Shown here piece by piece: positions 11,543-25,898 of a stretch of 64,000 nucleotides of DNA. A program made the translations under genes and the position numbers. Source of the stretch: Anthoceros angustus (taxonomy: Eukaryota; Plantae; Anthocerotophyta); the NCBI GenBank assembly GCA_010909165.1, contig VJWM01000135.1, forward strand, positions 310,001 through 374,000, in the 5' to 3' direction. The notes below the pieces were generated by a model, which saw only the letters and a list, made by a program, of their open reading frames with translations, made no database searches and was not told the DNA's origin. Numbering within the stretch: position 1 is the first letter of the stretch; the number at the start of each line of letters is the position of its first letter.

Positions 11543-12695
11543 GTTTGCTCAGGTGGAACCCGGTTAACGTTGTAGCCTGCCACCAGATCCCGAGACTGGC
11601 CAGCTGCCTCCCTCACAATCACAAAGCAAGGCCTCCCTCATTCGAGATAAATCTATCCCCAGTACATCAACCTCTTGTCAGCAACTAACTCAATAGTAAC
11701 AGCATCCACACGGGGGTGAAACAACTAACAAACACCCGCAACAAGAGTAGACGTCTTCCCAAAAAGCTGACCTACCATACAAAACCTTACAGGCTGCAAA
11801 ATCCATGCATGAAACGACTCAAGACACCTGTCCACACATGTCTGCACAGACAGAAAAACGAAAACACAGTCCTATCAACAACCTCCACAAAACCATCAAA
11901 CAGGGACGTTCCGGGCAGCGACACAGTCAGAAAATCACTCCAACACGCCACCCCGGCCTTTCATTAACCTTGAAGCAAACCAAAGGAATTGTATCATCCT
12001 AAAGTCCACAGCTCTTGACCTTCGCAAGTTAACAACAAGAAGACTCAGCCGGGGCACGCAACCACCGCTCCTCCTTGCAACAGAACACCAGATCGAACAC
12101 CATGGTGAACGTGCACTTCTCCCCCCCCCTCAAACTACGGAATTCCGTCACCGCCTGGTGCACGAAAACAATCCCAGCCACCAGCGCACCTCTTCTGCAA
12201 CAAACGGAGCGCAGAAACAAGCGACGCTCTCCAAAATCCACTCAAACACAGGTCCCAAACACATGAATGGAAACCAAGAATTCCCCCGCAACCGCACACA
12301 GCCTGCGCGCCCTCGGCTGCGCTGTGCAGGCTGCGTGGGCTGCGAGCAATCCCGCATCAAACCACGGACAGAGACTGGAGTAGAGGAAACACCAAACGCC
12401 CGACACCCCCGTCTCTTGCAAGCCGAGCCGAAGTGCTTCGGCCCGAAGCTAATAGGCTCGGAAATTGGTAAATGGAAATTGAAAATTGGGGGCGTGGATG
12501 AAGGAAAATACGCCAGAAACCCACCTCCGGTTGGTTCCTGCCCGGGCGAGGAATATTTGGGCAGCAGGGTGTTTTGGTGGACGATTGAGCACCGGCCGGC
12601 GTTCATTGGCTGGATATCTCGGCAGCAGCTCGAGGGAAGGCAATTGGCAATTTTAGGTGCAGCTTCTGGACTGCTTGAGCCTCCCGCATTGTGCT

Positions 12696-12702
12696 TATAA
12701 AT
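12696..12702 (+). promoter_or_regulatory. Candidate TATA box for APX
   Basis: TATAAAT about 65 nt upstream of the ATG at 12767. Confidence 0.4.
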
Positions 12703-12766
12703 GCAATCCCTTGCCCGTTCTGAACTTGGAATCTTCTAATTGCAGATTGCATTGGAGACGGTGGTT

Positions 12767-14345
12767 ATGGCGACGGCGGCGTCCTCTGTCTTGGGGCTCA
12801 GGAGCTCGCTACAGCGGGTTGCTCCCAAGGCGGGAGCGTCCATCAGCGGCGCTTGCTCCAGCTCCGGGAGCTGCTCGCTGCCTTCCCTGGCCAAAGTGCA
12901 GCAGATGAAGCCTTCGTCTAAGCTTGTGTCGGAGTTTGTTGGAAGGCATTCCGGCGCTCCGCTGAGGAAGCATCAGGTGAGGCAGAGCTCCAGTGCGGCC
13001 AGGGGCGGGGCGCTCACTTCCACCAGCTTTGCTTCCGATCCCGAGCAGCTCAAGGGCGCCAGAGAGGAAATTAAGGAGGTGCTGAGGGAGAAGAACTGCG
13101 CTCCTATCCTGATCCGGCTGGGCTGGCATGATGCGGGAACGTTTGATAAGAACGTGAAGGAGTGGCCCAAGCAGGGCGGCGCCAATGGCAGCCTCCGGTA
13201 CGATGTGGAATTGGCGCATGGGGCAAATGCGGGGCTGGTTAATGCTCTCAACCTCATCGAGCCTGTGAAAAAGAAGTTCCCTGATGTGAGCTATGCGGAT
13301 CTGTTCCAGCTTGCCAGTGCGACTGCCATCGAGGAGGCTGGCGGGCCCAAGATTCCCATGAAGTACGGCAGGGTTGATACTGCAGGGCCGGAGGAGTGTG
13401 TGAAGGAGGGGAATCTGCCGGATGCCGGGCCTCCGTCCCCGGCTGAGCATCTGCGGAAGGTTTTCTACCGGATGGGGCTGAGTGACAAGGAAATTGTGGC
13501 GTTGTCGGGTGCGCACACTCTGGGACGGGCCAGGCCGGATCGCAGTGGCTGGGGGAAGCCGGAGACCAAGTACACCAAGGATGGCCCCGGTGCTCCGGGA
13601 GGTCAGTCTTGGACGGTGCAGTGGCTCAAGTTCGATAACTCCTACTTCAAGGATATCAAGGAGCGGAGGGATGAGGAGCTGCTGGTGTTGCCCACGGATG
13701 CGGCCCTGTTTGAGGACCCCGGGTTTAAGGTGTTTGCGGAGAAGTATGCTGCGGATCAGGACGCATTTTTCAGCGACTATGCCGAAGCTCATGCTAAGCT
13801 GAGTGAGCTTGGGGCCAAGTTCGACCCGCCAGAGGGCATCTTTATTGACAAGGAAGAGAAGAAAGTTGCAGAGAAATTCGAAGCCGCCAAGTACTCCAAC
13901 AGCGGCAAGGTAATACCCCAAGGACTTGTGCAGTGACAGTTGCAAGGTTTTGCCTGTTTGATGGATGCATTTGTGTTGGTTTGGAAGGCAGAAGTCTGAC
14001 AGCAGAAGTGGCAAATGCAGGCATAAGCAAGATGAGTGTTTTGTCTGTGTGGAATTTTTGGAATAAAGGGCAACAAACCTGGGTAGAAAAGACTAGCAAG
14101 GCACACTGTGTGTTTGGGATGAAAGGAAGAAGGAAGTCCAGGAACAGGGGAATGACTCCTCTGTGATGGTTCTGCCTTGGCTGCAGAAGGAACTGTCCGC
14201 GGACATGAAGGCCAAGATCAGGGCAGAGTATCTGGCGGTGGGAGGGAGCCCTGACAAGCCTCTCGCGTCCAACTACTTCCTCAACATCATCCTGGCAATA
14301 GCATTCCTTGCTTTGCTCAGCAACTGGCTCACCTCTTCCTCGTAG
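12767..14345 (+). CDS. APX: Chloroplast (thylakoid-anchored) ascorbate peroxidase; exons 12767-13909 and 14187-14345
   Basis: Transit peptide, then ASDPEQLK...[13 protein letters not shown]...[12 protein letters not shown]...[11 protein letters not shown] at 13910, CAG at 14184-14186. Exon 2 [15 protein letters not shown]...[16 protein letters not shown] is the tAPX membrane anchor. Confidence 0.96.
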
Positions 14346-15098
14346 GTGTAGGTTCTCGTGCCATGTTGTGCAGCTTTCATTTCTCTTCACCTCCATGTTT
14401 GCCTGGATGAGGATAATCCACCAGATTCCACAACCGGGGCTCTAGGGATGGGAAGGTTTGCTTGCTTGCCCTTGTGGCATTTCGGCAATTTGTTGCCCGT
14501 GTTTTGGGCTCCTCATATTACATCAAATGAAGGCAAATTTTGGTCACCTACCGCACAACCGCGATAAGTGTGAAATCGCCAGGTGTCGCTGCACCTTATC
14601 TCTTTAATAACAGGAGTGCCTGGTGTCCACAGGCTTCCTATCCACTTCATCATCACAGGAAGCATGAAAGGAAGCATCCAAATTGTGGACAACAGGTCGT
14701 CTACATTGTCCTTCATGTTTGAAGTAGTTTTCAGTGATAAACATCGACTCTTCCTGGATCGAGATTTCAACAGTGATAACAACAGGAATGTTGTGACAAA
14801 ACCGGGAATGTGGGCCTCTTCGTGTTACATGTTCCTACCTCGCTTTCTACAGCCACACACCGATCTGGCGTCCTGTGGCAAGGTTAAAAAATAGATAGGA
14901 TCACAGTCTCGAGCACCAAACTACCGAATCCATGCGAGACTTCGACAATCCAAACACACCTCCTGAAGGGAAGATGCGAAGTAGTGTGATCACACAAGTG
15001 TCGCTAATATACAATCTCCTCTTTTGGCATGCGAGAGCACAAACTATCTTCCTTGTGCCAAATGCCTTCCCAGAAGATGCGGATCACAGACCCTGGTC

Positions 15099-15986
15099 TC
15101 AGACGGGAACAGGCTCCGGCTTCTTGCTGGTTTTGATGCCCTTGATGGCGTCGGCGTAGCTCTTGGCCCCGAAAACCGCCGAGCCAGCTACCAGAGCGTT
15201 GGCACCGGCCTCGATGACCTTGTAGGCGTTAGCAGGGGTGACTCCGCCATCAACCTCGATCCAGGGGTTCACTCCCTTCTCCGCACACAACCTCCTGAGC
15301 TCCGAGATCTTGCGCACCTGGCTCTCGATGAAGCTCTGCCCGCCGAAGCCAGGGTTCACAGACATGATCAACACCAGATCCACAACATCCAGCACATACT
15401 CGATGGCCGAAAGCGGCGTGCCGGGGTTGAGCACAACTCCCGCCTTTGCGCCCAGGCTCTTGATCTGGTTCACGGTGCGGTGCAGGTGGATCGTGGACGC
15501 CACCTCCGCGTGCACGCTCACAATATCCGCCCCGGCCTTGATGAAATCCGGCACTCTCTGCTCCGGCTCCACAATCATCAGATGCACATCCAGCGGCAAC
15601 TCCGTCACCGGCCGCAGTGCATCCACAACCAGCGGCCCGATGGTGATGTTCGGCACGAACCTGCCGTCCATCACGTCTACGTGAATCCAGTCACACCCGG
15701 CCTCGTCCACAGCCTTTACCTGCTCCCCGAGCCTGGCAAAATTGGCGGACAGAATAGACGGCGACACAATCACGTCCGTCTTGGAGAACTTGTCCACACG
15801 AGAGGTAGCCTGCACGGCCGGCATCCCGGCCCTCCCGCTGCAAACGGCTCTCCCGCCAGGGCCCCGCTGCTTCCTCCCCCAGAACGCACTCTGGCACACG
15901 GCCCCGGTCGCCTTCTGCGAAGGAGAAGCCACAGCCAGCGCCGTCCCGGCCCCCGCCACACTCCCTACCATCGCCGCTGCCGCCAT
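15099..15986 (-). CDS. RPE: Plastid ribulose-phosphate 3-epimerase, intronless
   Basis: Transit peptide, then [60 protein letters not shown]. Confidence 0.97.
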   Translation of the reverse strand: MAAAAMVGSVAGAGTALAVASPSQKATGAVCQSAFWGRKQRGPGGRAVCSGRAGMPAVQATSRVDKFSKTDVIVSPSILSANFARLGEQVKAVDEAGCDWIHVDVMDGRFVPNITIGPLVVDALRPVTELPLDVHLMIVEPEQRVPDFIKAGADIVSVHAEVASTIHLHRTVNQIKSLGAKAGVVLNPGTPLSAIEYVLDVVDLVLIMSVNPGFGGQSFIESQVRKISELRRLCAEKGVNPWIEVDGGVTPANAYKVIEAGANALVAGSAVFGAKSYADAIKGIKTSKKPEPVPV

Positions 15987-16673
15987 GGCCGCCGTCCTTG
16001 CCGATGCGCAACCTGTTCAGTCGCGAATCCGGCCTGTCGAGACGTCTCGTCCCGTCTCGTCTGGTCACGTCTCAAACTCGTCTTGTCTCGCTGATGAGTC
16101 GTGGTCCTGTCGAGTGACTCGTCTCCACTACGACGTACGCTGGGAGCCTTTGTAAACTGGCGCGTTGCGGAGGACCGCACAAAGCGGGACGCCAATGGCA
16201 GCTTCCCAAGCCAGCTGCCCCTGTGGCCAGCCATTATCTGCATTTCAGAATTCCAGCAATTTCAACAGCCAAGCCAATGATTCGCGCCACGTGACCGCGC
16301 CCCGGGCCGGGCGCGGGCCAGGGCCAACGAAGACAGAAAGCGCCCGCTTTCTGGCTGTTTGGTGGCCGTGCTGTCAGGGGGACGGGATAGCAGCTCCTTC
16401 CGCCGGGCGTTGGAGTCCTGCTATCTGCAATCCGAAGTGGGTGCAAAGCGTTTTGTCGTTTTGTGCTGGATTGTCCCACATTGCTCAGGCTCTTCGGTGT
16501 GCACTTGTGTATGAGTGCAAGACGCTTGCTGTTCCGGCGACGCCAGCAATTTTGAGGACAGGAAGGATCGTTGGAACTTGGAAGGATGTTGTGGCTGGTT
16601 GGCTTGATGGAAAGCTGAAGCGGCCATTGGGGTTTGCTCCGGCTTGAAGGACAGGGCTTGGAGGGTGGAGGCC
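15987..16673. promoter_or_regulatory. Divergent promoter between RPE and FTHFS
   Basis: 687 bp between start codons; CCAAT at 16274 and G-box CACGTG at 16288. Confidence 0.45.
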
Positions 16674-19019
16674 ATGGGGAAGACCATTAGGAAACTCAAA
16701 GTGCTGAGCCCAGTTCCAGCTGACATCGATATTGCGAATGCGGTAGACCCGCTCCCGATCCAGGAGATTGCGGAGGAGCTTGGGCTTACGCCTGCCGACT
16801 ACGATCTGTACGGGAAGAGCAAGGCGAAGGTTAGGGGGTTGGATGGAGCTTTGTTTTGGGTGGTGAATTTGTGCGCATTGCATGTGTTTGCTGGATCTTG
16901 TCGTTGAGGTGTGGTGGTTGCGTTTTGGCAGGTTCTTCTGTCTGCTCGTGATCGTTTGTCCAAAGCAGCAGATGGGTACTATGTGGTGGTGGGAGGCATT
17001 ACCCCTACACCACTGGGAGAGGGGAAGTCGACCACAACCGTTGGCGTCTCCCAAGCTCTCGGAGCTTACTTGGGGAAGAAGGTGAGTGAGGGTGCATGAG
17101 GCAGTGAGAGTGAATTGTTGTTGGTCGGATGGCTCGGGGTGGTCTAGGGTTGAGATGGACGTGATTTTGATGGTCATGGTGTGTGGATGGATGCAGGTGG
17201 TGACATGCCTTCGGCAGCCAAGCCAGGGTCCCACTTTCGGGATCAAAGGTGGGGCAGCTGGAGGAGGGTACAGCCAGGTGATCCCGATGGATGAGTTCAA
17301 TCTGCACATGACTGGAGATATCCATGCCATCACGGCTGCCAACAACCTTCTGGCTGCAGCCATAGATGCACGCATGTTTCATGAGGCCACCCAGTCAGAC
17401 AAGGCGTTGCTCAACAGGCTCTGCCCGGCTGACAAGGAGGGGAGCCGGACCTTTGCGAAGGTGATGCTGAAGCGGCTCAAAAAGCTGGGCATTGACAAGG
17501 AGGGGCCAGCTCTGCTCACTCCTGATGAGGTCAAGCGGTTCGTGAGGCTTGACTTTGATCCAGAGCAGATAACGTGGAAGCGGGTGATGGATGTGAATGA
17601 TCGTTTCCTGCGAAAGATTACTGTGGGACAGGGTCCTGATGAGAAAGGACAGACTCGAGAGACAGGTTTTGATATCTCTGTGGCGAGCGAGATTATGGCT
17701 GTGTTAGCACTCACCACATCCCTGGCAGATATGCGTGAGAGACTAGGCAATATGGTTGTGGGTACTAGCAAAGGTGGTGATGCCATCACTGCTGATGACC
17801 TGGGCGTAGGAGGGGCCTTGACGGTCCTCATGAGAGATGCTATCAACCCAACGTTGATGCAGACGTTGGAAGGAACTCCTGTGCTTGTTCATGCCGGCCC
17901 CTTTGCCAATATTGCACATGGGAACTCGTCCATCGTTGCTGACCAGATCGCACTTAAGCTAGTCGGGCCTGCTGGGTTCGTGGTCACGGAGGCAGGTTTT
18001 GGTGCTGACATCGGGACTGAGAAGTTCATGAACATCAAATGTCGGTACAGTGGCCTGAAACCGCAGGCTGCTATCATCGTTGCCACTGTCAGAGCTCTCA
18101 AGATGCACGGAGGTGGCCCAGAAGTGGTGGCTGGGAGGCCCTTGGACCATGCATACAGGTCTGAGAATCTGGATTTGGTCACAGCTGGATGCTGTAATCT
18201 GGCCAAGCATGTGGAGAACACCAAGTCCTACGGGGTTAACGTAGTGGTGGCAATCAACGCCTTTGCCACTGATACTGCAGCTGAGCTGGCAGCAGTGAAG
18301 AAGGCTGCTCTTGCAGCCGGTGCATTTGATGCAGTGGTCTGTACCCATCATGCACATGGAGGAGCTGGAGCTGTAAGTTTGGCCACCATGAACCACCTCC
18401 CTCCTCCTTCCCTCCCCCCGCCCTCCCCCCTCTTTGAATTTCTGCTCTGCGTGATTGTTCCAACAATAGCCATAGTTGTGACGAAGATGGAGTGACCTGT
18501 TTGTTGTCTTTCGCACACAGGTCGATCTTGGAGTGGCAGTACAGAAGGCGTGCGAGCAGAATACTGCAACCTTCAAGTTCCTGTACCCACTTGATCTTAG
18601 CATCAAGCAGAAAATTGAAGCCATTGCAAAGTCGTATGGAGCAGATGGGGTGGAATACTCGCCGGAGGTAACTGCCAACACTCCCTTTTGTACAGTATGC
18701 ACTAAGGAAATGTTGTGGCTGAGCGAGTCTTGGATGCTTGCAGGCAGAGAGGCAGATTGAGACGTACACTCGGCAAGGCTTTGCGGGCTTGCCCATTTGC
18801 ATGGCAAAAACTCAATATTCTTTCTCACATGTTGCAGCAAACAAAGGGGTGCCCACAGGTTTCTTATTGCCCATCCGGGATGTGCGAGCAAGTGTCGGGG
18901 CTGGATTCATTTATCCCCTCGTCGGGACGATGAGCACCATGCCTGGATTGCCCACAAGACCCTGCTTTTTCGACATTGACCTCGATCTGGAGACGGGCAG
19001 AGTCCTGGGGCTTTCCTAA
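16674..19019 (+). CDS. FTHFS: Formate-tetrahydrofolate ligase; exons 16674-16829, 16932-17081, 17197-18372, 18521-18667, 18744-19019
   Basis: [54 protein letters not shown]; all four introns GT-AG and in frame. Confidence 0.97.
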
Positions 19020-19199
19020 GAGAACTAATCTGGACAAAACGGGGATATTTTCAAAGGTTACATGTACAACATCGCCATGAGATCAGCTACGCTACTCTCA
19101 TCCAGCTACGGGAAGCTCCGTCGCTGCCGCTGTTTCTCTTTGTCGTCTTGCCACCCAGAGCCGACAAGCATCAGTTATGCCCGCTTCGCATGCAAGCTC

Positions 19200-20872
19200 T
19201 TAGCGTTCAGCGCTTTCAAGGAGCTTTTTCACTAGAATTTGTTGTTGCACGGCAGTAAGAGATTCGGAGTTTACAATAGCATTGGATATCAAAATTGTAG
19301 AAGCTGCAGATGAACACTCCACCTGCAAACAGATTTCCACAATTTCAACCACTGCATTGGACAGTAGATGCTACTGATGTCACGTATTGATTAAGACAGA
19401 TAACCTACCCAAACACGACCATTGAAGCCAATAGCCAGCTCGAAGGACATGCTCTTCTCCAGAGCTTTAAGCACAGGGGGTTTAGAGAGCAAACTGCAGT
19501 TGAGAACAATTTCCTGGTGAATCAAACTTGGCAACAAAAACTCAAACAGGACCATCTCTAGAAAATGGACTATAGCCTCCTGTTATCAGTCAGGACTGTC
19601 GCAATCATTATGGGACAGAACAGTGCGTTTGAAGTTGGAACATAAGCTCAAAGTCCAACCAAGGTAACAGCACGACGACCTACCCTCGTGCAAGGCCTGT
19701 CGAGCATTCAAAAATGTAGCCACCCTTCAAAGGCCCAAATCCTGCCTTCTTTCCATCAGCTGCAAATACAGGACATGGGTGAGGAAAGACTCTTCAACAA
19801 GTTTGAAACAGAGAGCAAACGGGTCCACCAACAGCTAACAGAGCTGGCTATGGTGACAGAAAGTTCTAATACACCCACCATCAACGCAAGCAAGTTCTGT
19901 TTGGACATATCGATGAGCTTTTATTACACGAGCATAAACTGCTGCACCATTCTGTCAACAGAAACACGAATTCTTCAGATTTCATGTTAAAGTCCGCTGT
20001 GTCAAACAGCGCACGATCTCGTGCTGCAGTACACACATTGCCACAGAATCAAGCTGACATCATTTGAAAGCATGGAGCACCTCTCACAGGCCTGACATGC
20101 TCTAAGGTAATCCCTACCTGAAGATTAGGAAGATTGCGCCTCGAAACACCTTCAAAGGCGAAAACCGAGAGGGTTGCATATGAGGGCCCCCCAATGTCCA
20201 CCAGGAATGCCTGCAACCATCAGATAGCATACGATTTGCTACATTCGATACGCCAAACACATGACCAAACACAATTGCTGAAAGACGTAACACCGAATGC
20301 CAGAAAAAGTGAGCACAGGGACATGACATTCTCTTACCTCAAACCGACGATCAACCACAATCCCAATCACTTTATCCTCCTCTACTGGTATATACTGCCA
20401 ATAGATCAAAGATAGCCATCAGAAGTCAAGTTCAGTACCACCAGAGAGAGTTCAAAAAAGTCTGAGCTCAGGATGATGCTTCTCTTACTCTCTTCTGTGA
20501 TCCCTCAACTGCATACTTGTTCGGCTTAGTAAACCTCAATCTGCCAGCTTTGGTCACAATGACCAGCATTCCATCCTGCACTCGTCCTGCACAGTATCAG
20601 CTCTTCTGACTGCATTGTGGTGCCAGGAAACGGCAGACAAGAACAAAGTGCAGAAGCTTAAGAAATTAGGGCAGTAACACACCTGCCGCAATCCAGCACC
20701 CAGAGCTGGCGGGCCTGCATGTTTGCTTACGTCAAGGATAACATCTCCTGGTGCCTGGCTCAGCAACACAACAAAAAATCAGCACCGAAGTCGTTCCCAC
20801 ACCTGCATCTTATCCACGAAGGACGTCAAGGGAACCCACCACTATTTTACCAACAAAGGGAGACGCAGCCAT
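19200..20872 (-). CDS. RRP40: Exosome subunit RRP40, 9 exons (not in the ORF track)
   Basis: Spliced by eye: MAASPFVGKIV/APGDVILD...LGAGLRQ/DGMLVIVTKAGRLRFTKPNKY...QKR/YIPVEEDKVIGIVVD/AFLVDIGG...FEG/VYARVIKAH...ELACVD/ADGKKAGFGPLKGGY...STGLARG/LLSKPPVLKAL...FELAIGFNGRVW/...LLESAER*. All introns GT-AG. Confidence 0.92.
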
Positions 20873-21104
20873 TGTGGCGGCTCCTTGTCCCTCCACCAAT
20901 GCATCATCCATTAGCACTAAAATTATGTCTCTCAAGATTGCTAATCTCCAATATCAGAAGAGATGCAGCTCCGAAGGAAACAAGCTGTTGTTAGTTTGCT
21001 GTGTGTTCTGTTTTCAGGTGGACATATCAGAGACACTCGCCGTACATATATAGAACTCAAACTTGGTCGGGAAAGGCAATGTATATCTCTTGATGCTCTC
21101 CAGT

Positions 21105-21213
21105 CGCCAGTCCTTGGATTACGGTGTCTGGGTGACCATGGAACTCCGAAAGCCAACATACATACGTTGATGCTCGCCAGTCCTTGGATTACGGCATCTG
21201 GGTGACCATGGAA
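21105..21213 (+). promoter_or_regulatory. ~40-bp direct repeat (period 70) duplicating the JmjC start context; creates uORF 21138-21170 (MELRKPTYIR*)
   Basis: cgccagtccttggattacgg..tctgggtgaccatggaa at 21105 and 21175. Confidence 0.65.
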
Positions 21214-24067
21214 TTCCTAGGCAAACGGATGAGATTAGATTGTGCGGAGCAAGGTGCGTCGGATTCAGACTCTGATTCTAACTTTGATTCGGACGGCGAA
21301 GGAAGGGAAGCCTGTGGGTGTGCCGGGATCACAGCAACAGAGGCTCTGGGCCGCATCCGCTCCGCGCTTGCCCAGCTGCCAAACAGATCAGCAAGAAAGG
21401 AGACTGTCCTGCTCCAGAACTGGGTTAAGGTAATGCTTACCCCGGTCATCGATGAGCATCCTGAAGTTCGATCTGCGGCTGTACGCACGGTTCTGGACCT
21501 GACTGAGAACGAGAATGGCTTGTTGCAATTGTTGCCCCACCTGCTGGAGACACAGTGAGTTTTTCCTGTCACCATGCCTGTGTAGCTGCTGTGCTGCAGC
21601 GAGGACGAGTATTTTGATTTTTACAGCACCGGTTTCTGTTCCAGGTATGAACCGATTGTGCTGGGGGCGCTGGAGATTGTGAGCGCTTTAGCGTTGCACT
21701 CGACAGAGACGAACCGGAAGTTGGCAAGCAGGGAGAATGTGGTGGCAGCACTTACTGGCATGCTGGAGAGCAGACGTTTGGCTGTCCTGCTGGCTACTTG
21801 TCACAGTTTGAATGATATCATGGTGACCTCCCTCGGTCGCAATGCTTTGAAGGACGCAGGGGCTATGGAGGGCTTCATGTAAGCTGTTCTGTCGGTTTTG
21901 CAGTCAGCTGCTTGGATGCATTGTGAACTGTTGGAGTTCGGTTAGATTTGCATGGTTTGGTGCCCTGGGTATTGCCTGATGGTATGTCTTGACAGGCGGT
22001 TGCTGTGTTGGATCACAGATCACAACTCGTCAGGGAGGCTTCCGAATGACTGTGGTTATAACATGATGAGAACTGCAAGTACCACACTCAACGAAAGAAG
22101 CTTGCAGGTCCATGGGGATGGGTTTAGCAGTGGATGTGGTGTTTCTTCCTCAACAGATGTACATGAGGAGTGGGAGGACCTCTTTGTTACTTGCGTGGAG
22201 GGAGCTTGTCATCTTTCTGCCTTTCCTATCACAGGGATATCCAGTACCCTGCATGCTTTGACTCTGTCCAATTTGCAAAAGCTATGGTGGAAAAACCGCA
22301 CCAAGGCAGAGGGCCAGATCACCAGCACGCAGCATAGCATTTTGGCACAGTTCGTAGCTCGATTATCGATGGATAGTGAGTTCCTGAGTGGCTACAAGGG
22401 AATTTCAAAGTTCACCAGTGAGGACTTCCTTGAAGTGACCAATGGTGACTTCTTTACCAAATGCTGGGAAGTTGCTCCTGCTGTTTTGAAAATTACCAAT
22501 TCCAGCACCAGGCAGGCTTTCTTTTCCTGCTTGAAAGAGGCAGTTTGTGGAGACTCTGAGGACCTTCTGGTGCAGTTACTTTCAGGAATAAGTGCTTGCC
22601 CTCCAGTACCAGCAGATGAACTTGAATCACAAAGCATCTTCAAATGTCTGGGGGCAAGTGTAGGAGGACCACTGATCTATGGCCAGGATGTTAGACTGGT
22701 AAAAACTGGAACCGTGAGTAGAGAGGAGAAAAGCAGAAGCTCAAGATTACCGGAGAAGCATTACTTTAGGGCTGAGACGTTAGCTCGTAAGGTGTATCCC
22801 ATGGACTGTGTGGATGCCTTTAAGTGGGGTTACACCGTAGCCTTGAGAGGGATGGAGTTTCGGAATCCTCAGGTTGCTGCTGTTGCAGATTGCCTTGCCA
22901 TTGTACTTGGCCAAGCCAGTGTTGGTGTGAATCTGTATCTTACGCCCTCTGATGCCCAGGGCCTGGCTGTCCATTATGACGATCACTGCGTCTTTGTTTG
23001 CCAAATTTCTGGTCACAAGCATTGGTCTGTCTACTCTGCTCAGCATGTCCTTCCACGTCTCTATGACACCCGGTGTTCAGTCCAGGAGGACAACGCAACT
23101 ATTATGGAGGTCCTACTGGAGGAGGGTGACTGGCTGTACATTCCTCGAGGTTTCCCACATCAAGCATATTCTTGCAGAGATTGCTTAGGCAAGTCTGACA
23201 ATGGATTGGAGTCGAGAGGAAACCAAAGTCCCTCTCTGCACTTAACCTTCGGGGTGCAAGTGGAGCCCCCTTTCGAGTAGGTCTCCTTCCTATCCCTCTT
23301 GTTTTGGTTGTGGACAGTTTTGGGGATCATGCAAGCACAGCTTCCATAAAAGCACATGTCTCCTTTTGTGCAGGTGGGAAGGGTTGATTCATGTTGCACT
23401 GCGATGTTTCATCCGGAGGAAAATGGCAGTGGCTGCTTCCACAACAACGATGACACAACGAAGCCAGCAGTTAACAGCTATTCTGCTGCATATTGCAGTG
23501 AAACAGATGGCAAGCAAATGCCCAGCCTTGAGGAAGGCATGTACAATAGCCTCTTCTGTGCCTGAAGCTGCTGTCTCAATGACGTTGCAAAGAGACTACT
23601 CACCCACAACGTGCACTACATGCGCATCTCTAGAATTCGACATGCAATTGCCAGAGGGGGAGGCTTCGCCAGAGGTCATCTTCCATACCTTTCTATGCAT
23701 GATTGAAGAAAACGCCAGCTTTGATGCGGCACTGGACGCCGCCAGAGAGGCAGTCTCACATCAGACAGTTGACAACCTGGGTTGGATGGCCTGGTTCAGA
23801 CACGTGCCCATCTCAGCTGATAATCTTCTCCCAGCATCCACATCTGACCCACTTGACCTGCTTGCAGATGCTCTTCAGCACGACTGTTCAGAAGAGTTCA
23901 AACCTTCATCCTTACAGAGTAACTTCGCATCTCTGAAGCAGGCTTTCGTGAGCAATGCTTGTTTTACTGAAGCTTGTGCAGGTTTCAACTCCGTTCTCAC
24001 ACAGTACAGAGATAGCAGGAGAAAACTGATGAATGGATTGCTAGCACTCCATGCAGTCTTGAGCTAA
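21208..24067 (+). CDS. JmjC/cupin 2OG oxygenase of RIOX (NO66/MINA) type with N-terminal helical-repeat region; exons 21208-21554, 21645-21878, 21996-23276, 23374-24067
   Basis: VGVNLYLTP...QGLAVHYDDHCVFVCQISGHKHW and LEEGDWLYIPRGFPH give the H-x-D...H iron triad; splices keep frame. Confidence 0.88.
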
Positions 24068-24445
24068 TATGAGCCGAGAAAGTAGGAACAGTCCACCCTG
24101 GACATGGGGTTCATATCCTGGTTCCTTGGATCGTCCATTTTCAAGTCTTCGGTTGCCCGAACTGCACTCTTGTTAATGTAAACTTTGTTAGTATAGCATT
24201 CACCTGGTCCTTTTTGGCCAGCTGCACGATGTACCTTCCAACAATTGGGTGGCATGTTCCTCATGCCAGAGAACCTAGACTGCGAATAAAGGAGAGCAGG
24301 ACCCACCGGTTGTGTGGGCTGCCAACCCGCTGAAGGTGCGGAGTTCACCTGCACAAATCTTCCAACTTCTCTAGTGCATGACTAGTTTTGTGTGTGCTTG
24401 ATAGTAGTTCTTGGGAGCCCCGTGTATCACCCTCCCGGAGAAGAC

Positions 24446-25572
<1,127 letters not shown>

Positions 25573-25579
<7 letters not shown>

Positions 25580-25898
25580 GGCAGTCTCACATCAGACAGT
25601 TGACAACCTGGGTTGGATGGCCTGGTTCAGACACGTGCCCATCTCAGCTGATAATCTTCTCCCAGCATCCACATCTGACCCACTTGACCTGCTTGCAGAT
25701 GCTCTTCAGCACGACTGTTCAGAAGAGTTCAAACCTTCATCCTTACAGAGTAACTTCGCATCTCTGAAGCAGGCTTTCGTGAGCAATGCTTGTTTTACTG
25801 AAGCTTGTGCAGGTTTCAACTCCGTTCTCACACAGTACAGAGATAGCAGGAGAAAACTGATGAATGGATTGCTAGCACTCCATGCAGTCTTGAGCTAA
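25573..25898 (+). pseudogene. Duplicated 3' fragment of the JmjC gene
   Basis: ORF 25617-25898 repeats the JmjC C-terminus (AWFRHVP...LHAVLS*). Confidence 0.85.

Noticed and set aside
12809-14014. 401-aa ORF antisense to APX (and 356-aa ORF 15024-16094 antisense to RPE)
   Set aside because: Expected shadows of GC3-rich coding sequence.
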